A stretch of 64,000 nt of DNA from contig OY776215.1 of the NCBI GenBank assembly GCA_963675495.1, forward strand, positions 1,664,001 to 1,728,000, read 5' to 3'. This DNA comes from an uncultured Methanolobus sp. Its GTDB lineage: Archaea; Halobacteriota; Methanosarcinia; Methanosarcinales; Methanosarcinaceae. Of this stretch, positions 10,179 to 19,652 are shown one piece after another. Each line of letters opens with the position of its first letter. The stretch's first letter is position 1. Under the pieces are notes generated by a model, which was not told the DNA's origin, searched no databases, and saw only the letters and a list, made by a program, of their open reading frames with translations. The position numbers were made by a program, and so were the translations under genes.

Positions 10179-11543
10179 GTGAAAATAAGTTCTGTTAATC
10201 CTGCAACAGGGGAATTGAATGGAGAATTCAGTCTCTATTCTCAACAAGTGGTCGATCAAAAGATAGAGAACTCGAGAAAAGCATTAGCTGAATGGAAAAA
10301 AGAACTTATTGTTGAAAGAACGTTTTCCATTGAATGTGTAGCTGAAGTTCTAAGAAGCAGGGAACAGGAACTTGCGGAGATAATCACAAAGGAAATGGGT
10401 AAACCAATCAAAGAATCTCTTGCAGAGATCGAGAAATGTGCCTGGACATGCGATTATTTTGCAGAGAATGCAGATCAGTTCCTTGCAGCAGAATTTGTGG
10501 AAACCGATGCTGAAACATCTGGCTTTGTCTATGAACCTGCTGGTGTTGTCCTGAGCATCATGCCTTGGAACTTTCCTTTCTGGCAAGCACTGAGGTTTGG
10601 AATACCAGCTCTTGCAGGTGGAAATACAGTACTGTTAAAACATGCAAGCAACGTACCAATGTGTGCCCTTGAAATTGAGAAGATCTTTGCTGAAGCAGGA
10701 TTTCCTGAAGGAGTTTATCAGACACTGCTGGTAGATGGACCTACGGCATCCTCACTAATACCAAGAAACGAAATAAATGCTGTCACTTTTACAGGCAGCC
10801 GTCCTGCAGGGGAAAAGGTTGCAGAAGCCGCAGGCAGGAACATAAAAAAATTTGTTCTTGAGCTTGGGGGCAGTGATCCTTTGATCGTGCTGGAAGATGC
10901 AGATATCGAAAAAGTGGCAAAAGCAGCAGTTTCAGCCAGGTTCCAGAACTGTGGACAAAGCTGTATTGCAGCCAAACGTTTACTTGTTGATGAGAAAATT
11001 GCGGAAAGCTTCACAGACCTGTTCATAGACAATACAAGTAACCTAAATGTAGGAGATCCAATGGACCCGAAGACCGATATGGGACCCATGGTAAGCGAAA
11101 AGCAAAGGGAGTTCTTGAGCCAGCAGGTATCCGATACCCTGAAAATAGGAGCTAACGTACTGCTTGAAGGTGGTTCGAAAGATGGAGAAGGGGCATTCTA
11201 CATGCCAACAGTCCTCGATAATATAAACAAAGATGCTCCCGTTGTCCGGGATGAGACTTTTGGGCCAGTGGCACCTATTATTACTTTTAAGGACGAGGAA
11301 GAAGCTATTAAAATAGCTAACAGCACGGAATTCGGACTTGGTGCAAGTATCTGGAGCAGGGAAACTGAGAAAGCCATGGGGATGACAAGGTATATAGAAG
11401 CCGGCCTTATTACTATCAATAACATTGTGGGTTCAGATCCACGACTGCCATTTGGAGGTATGAAGAAAAGTGGCGTCGGAAGAGAACTATACCGTGTCGG
11501 AATGCTTGAGTTCATGAATGTTAAATCCATGAAGGTGTACTAA
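10179..11543 (+). CDS. Succinate-semialdehyde dehydrogenase-like aldehyde dehydrogenase (second paralogue)
   Basis: IMPWNFPFWQ, LELGGSD, GQSC, DETFGP; GTG start after GGGG RBS. Confidence 0.9.
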   Translation: MKISSVNPATGELNGEFSLYSQQVVDQKIENSRKALAEWKKELIVERTFSIECVAEVLRSREQELAEIITKEMGKPIKESLAEIEKCAWTCDYFAENADQFLAAEFVETDAETSGFVYEPAGVVLSIMPWNFPFWQALRFGIPALAGGNTVLLKHASNVPMCALEIEKIFAEAGFPEGVYQTLLVDGPTASSLIPRNEINAVTFTGSRPAGEKVAEAAGRNIKKFVLELGGSDPLIVLEDADIEKVAKAAVSARFQNCGQSCIAAKRLLVDEKIAESFTDLFIDNTSNLNVGDPMDPKTDMGPMVSEKQREFLSQQVSDTLKIGANVLLEGGSKDGEGAFYMPTVLDNINKDAPVVRDETFGPVAPIITFKDEEEAIKIANSTEFGLGASIWSRETEKAMGMTRYIEAGLITINNIVGSDPRLPFGGMKKSGVGRELYRVGMLEFMNVKSMKVY

Positions 11544-11545
11544 GA

Positions 11546-13183
11546 ATGAAAGGTAGCGAGCTCTTTGTAAAATGTCTTGAGAATGAGGGTGTCGAATATA
11601 TATTCGGTGTACCAGGAGAGGAGACAATTGACCTTACAGAATCCCTCCGCAAATCCAGGATTAAATTCATCCCTACTAGGCATGAACAAAGTGCCGCTTT
11701 TATGGCAGATGTCTATGGAAGACTTACACACAGACCCGGTGTCTGCCTCGCAACACTGGGACCTGGTGCCACAAACCTGATCACAGGCGTTGCCGATGCA
11801 CAACTTGACAGAGCACCCCTTGTGGCTATCACAGGCCAGTCAGCACTTGAGAAAACCCATAAGGAATCGCATCAATATATCGACATTGTGACTGCTTTCA
11901 AACAGTTCACAACCTGGAATTCAAAAGTTACAAGACCTGATTTCATCCCTGAGATAATTCACAAGGCCTTTGATATTGCTTCTGATCGTCCTGGAGCTAC
12001 ACACATAGAGCTTCCTGAAGATGTGGCTAAGGAAGAAACAACAAAAGAACCGATTTCAAAAAAGGCATATCCACACATCAGTATTCATGATCAAAGAGAG
12101 CTCAAAAAAGCTGCAGATATGATCAAAGAAAGCTCAATGCCTGTTATTCTTGCAGGAAACGGTATCTTTAGGGGAGACGCTTCCACTGAACTTAGAAAAC
12201 TTGTTGAATTCACTGGTCTGCCGGTCGTAACCACATTTATGGGCAAGGGTGCATTGCCTGCTGATGATGAGCACTACCTTGGTTCAATGGGCATTAAAGA
12301 CCACGATCACATTATGTGTGGTTTTGAAATGGCTGACCTTATTATCTGCATAGGGTACGACTATGTGGAATACAGCCCCAGATTCTGGAACCCTGACAGC
12401 TCAAAGAAGATAATACATATTCATACAGATCACCCGGAGATAGATGAAAGTTACATTCCGGACATTATGCTTATCGGCAATATCAGGCAGGCACTTTTCA
12501 ATATGAGACAGCAATGTGATTTCAAAAGAGAGATACCTGATAGATTCTCTTACGTCCGCTCAAGGATGAAAGCAGAAATTGAGAATTACAGAGAGAATCT
12601 GTCGTTCCCCATGAAACCACAGAAGATAATCTATGATGTAAGAGAATCTCTTGAAAGGAGTGACCTGCTGATAAGCGATGTAGGTGCTCATAAATTATGG
12701 GTTGGAAGGCTTTTTCCTGCATATGAACCAAACACTGTATTTATGTCCAACGGACTTGCAACAATGGGATTTGCACTTCCCGGCGCCATTGTAGCAAGTA
12801 TGATAAAACCTGATAAGAAGGTTGTTGCCATTGCAGGAGATGGTGGTTTCCTCATGAATGTCCAGGATCTTGAAACAGCTGTTAGACTTGGGTGTAATTT
12901 CGTAGTCATTATTTTCAATGACTCAAAATACGGACTCATTGAATGGCATGAGAAGAAGACTTTCGACCAGACCATGGGTATTGACTTTACAAATCCTGAC
13001 TTTGTTATGCTGGCTCATAGCTTCGGTGCAAAAGGTGTGAAGATCGAAAGAGCAGAAGACTTAAAGCCAAAGCTAATTGAAGCACTTGACACAGGTGGTG
13101 TCTGGCTGCTCGATGTACCGGTAGATTACTCGGAGAACATCAAGCTGACTGAAAAATTGAAAAGCACTTTCTGTGAGATATGA
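11546..13183 (+). CDS. TPP-dependent enzyme, acetolactate-synthase-large-subunit family (2-oxoglutarate decarboxylase-like)
   Basis: RHEQSAAFMAD, GPGATN, GDGGFLMN TPP motif; 2 nt after the ALDH gene, no small subunit. Confidence 0.85.
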   Translation: MKGSELFVKCLENEGVEYIFGVPGEETIDLTESLRKSRIKFIPTRHEQSAAFMADVYGRLTHRPGVCLATLGPGATNLITGVADAQLDRAPLVAITGQSALEKTHKESHQYIDIVTAFKQFTTWNSKVTRPDFIPEIIHKAFDIASDRPGATHIELPEDVAKEETTKEPISKKAYPHISIHDQRELKKAADMIKESSMPVILAGNGIFRGDASTELRKLVEFTGLPVVTTFMGKGALPADDEHYLGSMGIKDHDHIMCGFEMADLIICIGYDYVEYSPRFWNPDSSKKIIHIHTDHPEIDESYIPDIMLIGNIRQALFNMRQQCDFKREIPDRFSYVRSRMKAEIENYRENLSFPMKPQKIIYDVRESLERSDLLISDVGAHKLWVGRLFPAYEPNTVFMSNGLATMGFALPGAIVASMIKPDKKVVAIAGDGGFLMNVQDLETAVRLGCNFVVIIFNDSKYGLIEWHEKKTFDQTMGIDFTNPDFVMLAHSFGAKGVKIERAEDLKPKLIEALDTGGVWLLDVPVDYSENIKLTEKLKSTFCEI

Positions 13184-13192
13184 AAAAGAGGA

Positions 13193-13492
13193 TCAATCCC
13201 TCACATCTACATCTTTCCAGAATGCAACGTAGTTCCTGAAGTCCTTACCTACCTTTTCGGATGAACCCTCTTTTGGCTCAGGATAGTACCATGCAGCATC
13301 TGTGTTGACCTTTCCATCAACGACAACATCATAATAATTTGAAACTCCTTTCCAGGGGCACGTTGTATGATAGTCACTTTTTTTGAAGTATTCCATATTC
13401 ACCGAATCCGGTGGGAAATAATGGTTACCTTCAATCATAATCGTTTCACTGCTCTCTGCAAGAATAGTTTTGTTCCATGTAGCTTTTGCCAT
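13193..13492 (-). CDS. DUF427 domain protein
   Basis: EGNHYFPP, TTCPWKG, AAWYYPEPK, YVAFW. Confidence 0.85.
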   Translation of the reverse strand: MAKATWNKTILAESSETIMIEGNHYFPPDSVNMEYFKKSDYHTTCPWKGVSNYYDVVVDGKVNTDAAWYYPEPKEGSSEKVGKDFRNYVAFWKDVDVRD

Positions 13493-13676
13493 AATGACCA
13501 CTCCTAAAATACCAATATGTAATTCATTTCATATAGTTTAAAAAATTAGTGTTCAGACCCTTAGCCAACTTCCTTCAAAATACATACATTTATAAAAAGT
13601 GGACTTAATCTATATTAAAGGGAAGTCGTGGTCGAAATACAGTTACAATAAAAAAGCGATTTCGGGGTGTTGAATT

Positions 13677-14588
13677 ATGAGAAAGACTATTTTAATATTA
13701 TTAGTTGTAATTATGGCTTTGTTTGCCAGTGGGTGCACAGATGAGCCTGCTGATGCTGAAGAAATGAAAGAAACTGTTGTGATAGGATCTAAACTATTCC
13801 AGGAGTCCTATATTCTGGCACATATGACAGCTCTTATGCTTGAGGATGCAGGATATGAAACAGATGTCAAACAGGGACTCGGCGGCACATTTGTTAATTA
13901 TGAAGCATTGAAAGCTGGTCAGATACACGTATATGCTGAATATACAGGTACTGCTTACAGCCAGATACTCGACCTGAGCCAGCTTGATGACTGGGACAGG
14001 CAGGTAGTTTATGACGCAACAGAAACTGGTCTTATGGAACAGGATGGAGTGATGGTAATTAGCAACCTTGGATTTGAGGATGCATATGCAATTGCGGTAA
14101 GAGAGGACTGGGCTGCCGAGAATAATGTCACGAAGGTAAGTGACCTTGAACCATATGCTGCAGAACTGACAATTGGAACTGACCCTGAATTTGCAACTCG
14201 TGAGGATGGTCTTCCACGCATAAATGATGTTTACGGCATTGAGTTCATGGATTACAAACAGGCAGTTGCCACTGTAATGTATGAAGCTATCAAGAGTGAT
14301 GAAGTAGAGGTCATTTCCGCTTACACAACTGATACAAGAAATGAAGTTTTTGAGCTCAGAGTGCTTGAAGATGACAAGAATGCTCTGCCACCTTACGATG
14401 CTATCCTTATAGTAACAGGGCAATTCGCAGAAGAGAATCCTGAAGCTGTTGCTGCAATGCAGAAACTCGACGGTGCTATAGACACCGATACCATGAGACA
14501 ATTGAACTACCAGTTCGACATTGAACAAAAAGAACCACGAGATATCGCATATCAGTTCCTTATTGATGAAGAACTAATAGAGGAATAA
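13677..14588 (+). CDS. Glycine betaine/choline-type ABC transporter substrate-binding lipoprotein
   Basis: Lipobox ASGC, IGSKLFQE, EYTGT, EFATREDG, LEDDK..PPY. Confidence 0.9.
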   Translation: MRKTILILLVVIMALFASGCTDEPADAEEMKETVVIGSKLFQESYILAHMTALMLEDAGYETDVKQGLGGTFVNYEALKAGQIHVYAEYTGTAYSQILDLSQLDDWDRQVVYDATETGLMEQDGVMVISNLGFEDAYAIAVREDWAAENNVTKVSDLEPYAAELTIGTDPEFATREDGLPRINDVYGIEFMDYKQAVATVMYEAIKSDEVEVISAYTTDTRNEVFELRVLEDDKNALPPYDAILIVTGQFAEENPEAVAAMQKLDGAIDTDTMRQLNYQFDIEQKEPRDIAYQFLIDEELIEE

Positions 14589-14646
14589 GGGAGATTACAT
14601 TCTTCCTTACTATTTTTAGAAATATAGAAATTCTTATGGTGCAGAT

Positions 14647-15774
14647 ATGCAAACTAAACGGCTATTTGACCGAATCGATTCTATCCAGTTCAAGGGGATC
14701 ACAAAAAAATACGGCTCTGGATTTGCAGTAAAAGACCTGGACCTGGAAATAAATGGCGGAGAACTGTTGATTCTTATCGGACCCAGCGGTTCGGGAAAAA
14801 CTACCACGCTGAGAATGATTAACCGGATGATAGAGCAGGATTCCGGAAGTGTCACCATCAATGATCTTGACACGCGGGAAACAGATCCGGTTCGCCTGCG
14901 TCGTAATATGGGCTATGTTATCCAGAATATCGGACTGTTCCCTCATATGACAATTGGGGAAAATATCGGCCTTGTTCCAAAACTTGAAGGCTGGGATAAG
15001 AAAAAGATAGAAGAGCGAGTACGGAAACTTCTGGATTTCGTATCTCTTCCACCTGAAATGTTTATGAACAGGTATCCAAGACAATTGAGTGGAGGACAGC
15101 AACAAAGGGTCGGACTTGCAAGGGCCATGGCAATGGACCCACCTCTGTTCCTGATGGACGAACCTTTTGGTGCACTGGACCCTATATTGCGCAAACAACT
15201 GCAAAAAGAGTTTCTGAAGGTCAAAAACGAAATCAACCGGACAATTGTGTTTGTGACCCATGACATTGAGGAAGCACTCATACTCGGTGACAGGATAGCC
15301 ATAATGGACCAGGCAAAACTTGTACAGGTAGGTCCCCCTGAAGAACTCATCTTTAATCCTGTAAACGATCTTGTTGCTGATATCGTCGATACCCAGCGTA
15401 AATTCAAACACATGGATACTCTTAACGTTAAAGATCTGATGTCTCCATTTGAGGAGAAATATACCTTTGAAGGAAAAATGGAAGCATGCGATGCCGTTGA
15501 GGAGATGACAAATAAAGATATCGAAAATGCATTCATATTTGATGGGAATGAACTCCTGGGACAGGTCACAATGATGGACCTTATGAAATGCAGGACTAAA
15601 TCTCAAAAGCTGGCTGATATAGCCAAACCCATGAAAACTTTCCAGCCACTGGATTCTGTTGCACTTGCGCTTTCCGAAATAAAGAAAAGTGGAGAACACC
15701 TTGCGATCGTCATGGATTCAAAACATCCTATTGGTATCCTTATATCTGACGAGGTACTGCTGAAACTTATCTGA
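14647..15774 (+). CDS. Osmoprotectant ABC transporter ATP-binding protein with CBS domains
   Basis: GPSGSGKT, LSGGQQQR, MDEPFGALD; C-terminal CBS pair. Confidence 0.92.
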   Translation: MQTKRLFDRIDSIQFKGITKKYGSGFAVKDLDLEINGGELLILIGPSGSGKTTTLRMINRMIEQDSGSVTINDLDTRETDPVRLRRNMGYVIQNIGLFPHMTIGENIGLVPKLEGWDKKKIEERVRKLLDFVSLPPEMFMNRYPRQLSGGQQQRVGLARAMAMDPPLFLMDEPFGALDPILRKQLQKEFLKVKNEINRTIVFVTHDIEEALILGDRIAIMDQAKLVQVGPPEELIFNPVNDLVADIVDTQRKFKHMDTLNVKDLMSPFEEKYTFEGKMEACDAVEEMTNKDIENAFIFDGNELLGQVTMMDLMKCRTKSQKLADIAKPMKTFQPLDSVALALSEIKKSGEHLAIVMDSKHPIGILISDEVLLKLI

Positions 15775-15784
15775 AGGAAAACTT

Positions 15785-16426
15785 ATGTCAACATTACAGA
15801 TCATAACGAATGTCTGGGATAAGCACCTTATGACAATGCGTACCATTGAACATTTGCAGATGTTCAGCATAGCTTTGCTGTTATCTATAATAATAGGCGT
15901 TACTGTTGGCGTCATTATATATATGAAGCCCAAGACTGCAAATCCCGTACTTAATTTCCTTAATATCGTGGAGACAATACCGGATCTGGCACTCATTGTA
16001 CTGCTTCTTCCAATACTCAAACTTGGTGCCGGCCCAACCATTGCCGCATGCGTACTGTATTCTATACTTCCAATTGCAAGGAACACTTACACAGGGCTGA
16101 AAGGTGTGGATGAGCAATACACCTACGTTGCTCACGCTATAGGTCTGTCTCCACGCGAAGCATTGTTCAAAGTGAGAATTCCCATGTCATTGCCACTAAT
16201 AGCAGGTGGTATCAGAATAGCACTTGTATTCTGCATGGGTGTCGTGACCCTTGGAGGACTGGTTGCTGCAGGAGGACTCGGAACAGTACTACAGAACGGG
16301 ATTCAGCTCTACCAGAAAGATGTTATCCTCATTGCAGGATTGTGGACAGGATTACTTGCAGTTTTTCTTGATGGTTTTGCAGGCATTGTTGAGAAAAAAC
16401 TTCATGAGAGGTATGGAACATGGTAA
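15785..16426 (+). CDS. Osmoprotectant ABC transporter permease
   Basis: Hydrophobic, LPIARNTYTG and GGLG motifs, operon context. Confidence 0.9.
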   Translation: MSTLQIITNVWDKHLMTMRTIEHLQMFSIALLLSIIIGVTVGVIIYMKPKTANPVLNFLNIVETIPDLALIVLLLPILKLGAGPTIAACVLYSILPIARNTYTGLKGVDEQYTYVAHAIGLSPREALFKVRIPMSLPLIAGGIRIALVFCMGVVTLGGLVAAGGLGTVLQNGIQLYQKDVILIAGLWTGLLAVFLDGFAGIVEKKLHERYGTW

Positions 16427-17034
16427 TCCTTGAAACAGTACTTGAGGCGACCTGGGAACACATTATCCTCGTATATACTACATTATTTGTGAGTATAGCC
16501 GTTTCAATTCCACTTGCCTTTGCAGCACTTTACAGTAAGAAACTGGAATTTGCTGTGATGAAATTTGCAAATCTGGTACAAGCGGTTCCCAGCTTTGCTG
16601 TTGTAGCAATTATGGTTCCGTTCCTTGGAATTGGTTTTACCCCTGCTGTGGTTGCTATAATGCTGCGTGCACTGCTTCCAATTATCAAAAATACTTACAT
16701 CGGTCTGAGCAATGTCGACCCTGCACTGATAGATTATGCGGAAGGTATCGGACTGAGTCAGTGGCAAATTAACATGCACATAAGACTTCCAAATGCATAT
16801 CCTGCAATGTTTGCGGGAATTAAATTTGCCGGTATCCTTGCGAACAGTATTGCGGTATTGACAGCTTTTATCGGAAGTGGTGGACTGGGAGAGATAATAT
16901 TCCAGGGACTCATTGGCTACAACACCCGTACTCTCCTGGCAGGTGCTATACCTGCGATCATGCTTGCGATACTAATTGATCTTTCTTTCACAATGCTTGA
17001 GAAAAAGGTCACTCCTGGATATATGAAAGAATAA
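16420..17034 (+). CDS. Osmoprotectant ABC transporter permease
   Basis: LLPIIKNTYIG, IGSGGLG; overlaps previous permease. Confidence 0.9.
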   Translation: MVILETVLEATWEHIILVYTTLFVSIAVSIPLAFAALYSKKLEFAVMKFANLVQAVPSFAVVAIMVPFLGIGFTPAVVAIMLRALLPIIKNTYIGLSNVDPALIDYAEGIGLSQWQINMHIRLPNAYPAMFAGIKFAGILANSIAVLTAFIGSGGLGEIIFQGLIGYNTRTLLAGAIPAIMLAILIDLSFTMLEKKVTPGYMKE

Positions 17035-17095
17035 AAAAGACATACACCAATCCTTTTAATCCTTCGTTGCGTTAGAGCAAAAACGGACTGAAAAA

Positions 17096-17896
17096 ATGAG
17101 CCTTAAGGATGAACTGAAAGGGATTATACCTGAAAAGGAACTCGAACAGCTACCAAATCGTTTTGACATTGTAGGAGATATTGCCATTGTATCTGTTCCT
17201 GAAAATATGGAAAAATACAATAGTGTGATAGCTCAGGCTATAATGGGAAGAATGCAGAACATTAAGACTGTGCTGAACAAGGTCTCAAAACTTGAAGGGA
17301 ACAGAAGAGTTGCTGATTTTGAGATTATTGCTGGTCACAATACAGAGACCATTCACAAGGAATTCGGTTTTGCCTACAGGATTAACTTGAAACAGTCTTT
17401 TTTTAACGGCAGACTCGCTTTTGAAAGAAAAAGAGTGGCATCAATGGTAAAACCTGGTGAGGATGTACTTGTACCATTTTGTGGCGTTGGTCCCTTTGCA
17501 ATACCTGCTGCATCGGCCGGTGCGAAGGTAGTTGCAGTGGAAATGAATAGTGAAGCCTGTAAATCTTTTGTGCATAACTGTAAGCTCAATAAGGTTGAAG
17601 ATAACATCCACATAATCAATGCTGATGCAAACAGTATTCCCAACATGATCAAAAAACAATTTGACAGGGCTATCATACCAACACCCTATGGCATGGACCA
17701 TTTTCTTGAAAGCATTTCCTCACTTGTAAAAACAGGGGGACATATCCATTTCTATACTTTCAAACCCAAAGAGCAAATGCCGGAATTAATAGAAGAATAC
17801 GAAAAGATGGGATTTGAACTCCAGTTCCATCGAAGATGTGGTAATGTGGCACCCGGAATTAGCAGATGGGGGTTCGATCTTAAAACTGAGGTTTGA
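17096..17896 (+). CDS. Met-10+/Trm5-TYW2-like SAM-dependent tRNA-modifying transferase
   Basis: FDIVGDIAI, ETIHKEFG, PFCGVGPFAI, AVEMN. Confidence 0.8.
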   Translation: MSLKDELKGIIPEKELEQLPNRFDIVGDIAIVSVPENMEKYNSVIAQAIMGRMQNIKTVLNKVSKLEGNRRVADFEIIAGHNTETIHKEFGFAYRINLKQSFFNGRLAFERKRVASMVKPGEDVLVPFCGVGPFAIPAASAGAKVVAVEMNSEACKSFVHNCKLNKVEDNIHIINADANSIPNMIKKQFDRAIIPTPYGMDHFLESISSLVKTGGHIHFYTFKPKEQMPELIEEYEKMGFELQFHRRCGNVAPGISRWGFDLKTEV

Positions 17897-17925
17897 AAGT
17901 TTTTCAAAAATAGACGTAATATACC

Positions 17926-18555
17926 TCACTCCTCCAGAGACCCCATAAGCAAATAGAAATACTGCGCTTCGTGTGTAACATACAACTGATACCATGCTTC
18001 GAGTGTCTGGGCCGAGAACACGTTAAGCTCTCTGAGAACTTCACGCGCGAACTCCAGAGGAGCAACACCTGATGCAGTGATCAGATTATCATCATGAACC
18101 ACAGATTTATGACGATAGAACTTATCTCCGGCGTAAGTAGGACAGACTGCTTTCAGATATCCTAAATCATTGCTGGTGTGAAGACGGTTGTCCACCAGTC
18201 CTGCTTTGGCAAGGCCCATTGTTGCACCACAAATAGCAGCCACAAGAACACCTGCATTCAGGAACTCTTTGACTTTATCCAGCATAGGAATATGGATATC
18301 CTCCAGCCAGGTATCACCACCAGATAGAATCAGCACTCCTGTATCATCAGTTGTGCACTCTTCAAGACTTATATCTGGTGTGATGCGCACTCCTCCCATG
18401 GTGACAACAGGTTCTTTTGTAATACCAACTGTCCTGACAATGTATTTTGTAGCATCCTTTTGGAAGTAGCGGCCCGTATTCATTTCAGCTATCAGAAAGC
18501 CTGGCTCCCAGTCGGCCATGGTGTTAAAGACATATAGATAAGCTATCTTGGTCAT
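17926..18555 (-). CDS. DJ-1/PfpI family (glutamine amidotransferase-like) protein
   Basis: ADWE, LILSGG, AAICGAT, LITASG. Confidence 0.88.
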   Translation of the reverse strand: MTKIAYLYVFNTMADWEPGFLIAEMNTGRYFQKDATKYIVRTVGITKEPVVTMGGVRITPDISLEECTTDDTGVLILSGGDTWLEDIHIPMLDKVKEFLNAGVLVAAICGATMGLAKAGLVDNRLHTSNDLGYLKAVCPTYAGDKFYRHKSVVHDDNLITASGVAPLEFAREVLRELNVFSAQTLEAWYQLYVTHEAQYFYLLMGSLEE

Positions 18556-18701
18556 GGTAATTTTCCGGATTGTTGAAGTATATTAGCTTTGATGAATTAT
18601 ATTATGTTACTGTATAATAGTTATGAAATGATGAAAATAATTAAATCCAGACTACAAATTTCCAGACAGGCAATTCGAAACATCTTGTGGATTTAAATTA
18701 A

Positions 18702-19382
18702 TTATTTCATAACTTTATACTGCACATGTAAGAAATCCTCTTTAAGCACTTCATGACCTAACATTTTGAGCATTTGTCCTGATTTTGTTACTTTTCCAAA
18801 AATAGTTTCACTACCATCCCCTACTATAACAGGAGCTATGATAAAATCGATTTTGTCAATTAAGCCTTCATCCAGCATTATGTCGCAAAGGGTAGTTCCA
18901 CTGTCTATGACAATTCTTTTGAAGCCGTATCTATTTGTGCAAATTTCCAACGCTTTTCTATAATCTACGTGTTCTTCTCCTGCAACAACATATTCATAAT
19001 TCCTTTCACGGAGATAGTTAATGTATGAAAGAGGTGTTTTTTCAGAGACTAACAATATTATGTCCTTACAGTACTCTGATCTTCTTAAAACATGCAGTAA
19101 GCCTTCAAGAGTTCCAGATGTGTCAACTATTATCCAGTAGGGATTGCAAAATGGACTCCCATCATTTGATTTTATCTGAGTTTTACTGAAGTCTGAATTC
19201 TCTTCTGGGGGTATTTCCCCTATGAAGATCTCAATTCCGGTTTTAGCTGTAACCGATCCCACCAGTGTTGCATCAGGGTTTAGTGAACTCAATATCTGAT
19301 AATGTAACTCCAGGTCAATATCAAATCCATTTATTGCTCCATCAAAACTTATTGTATTGTGCATTAGAATTTCCGGAAACAT
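18702..19382 (-). CDS. RibD C-terminal / dihydrofolate-reductase-like protein
   Basis: ISFDGAI, LVGSVT, IDSGTTL, GLIDKI..IAPVIVG. Confidence 0.8.
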   Translation of the reverse strand: MFPEILMHNTISFDGAINGFDIDLELHYQILSSLNPDATLVGSVTAKTGIEIFIGEIPPEENSDFSKTQIKSNDGSPFCNPYWIIVDTSGTLEGLLHVLRRSEYCKDIILLVSEKTPLSYINYLRERNYEYVVAGEEHVDYRKALEICTNRYGFKRIVIDSGTTLCDIMLDEGLIDKIDFIIAPVIVGDGSETIFGKVTKSGQMLKMLGHEVLKEDFLHVQYKVMK

Positions 19383-19628
19383 ATTATTCACATTTAATAA
19401 TATTATCTGATACTTATTAATGTTAAAGCATGCATGCTGAGAATTTTGGACTGGATTTTTCGGTAGAATCCAATTCTGTTTCTATATCAACAAAAATATT
19501 ATTCATAATAAATTGTTAGTTCAAAATAAGAAAAACATAGATAATAACTATGAGATTCATAAAAACTCATATCAATAATTCTTAACCCATAAAGTATGAA
19601 AATATAAAAAAGAAGTAAGTGCTAAAAT

Positions 19629-19652
19629 TGGGTTCAAAAAATATGAACCCAA
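19629..19652 (-). terminator. Hairpin immediately downstream of argS
   Basis: TTGGGTTCA-N6-TGAACCCAA inverted repeat abutting the stop codon. Confidence 0.5.

Noticed and set aside
14662-15699. Long antisense ORFs (345 aa here; also 13794-14528, 24995-25672, 30908-31570, 49710-50390)
   Set aside because: Shadows of well-supported genes on the opposite strand.
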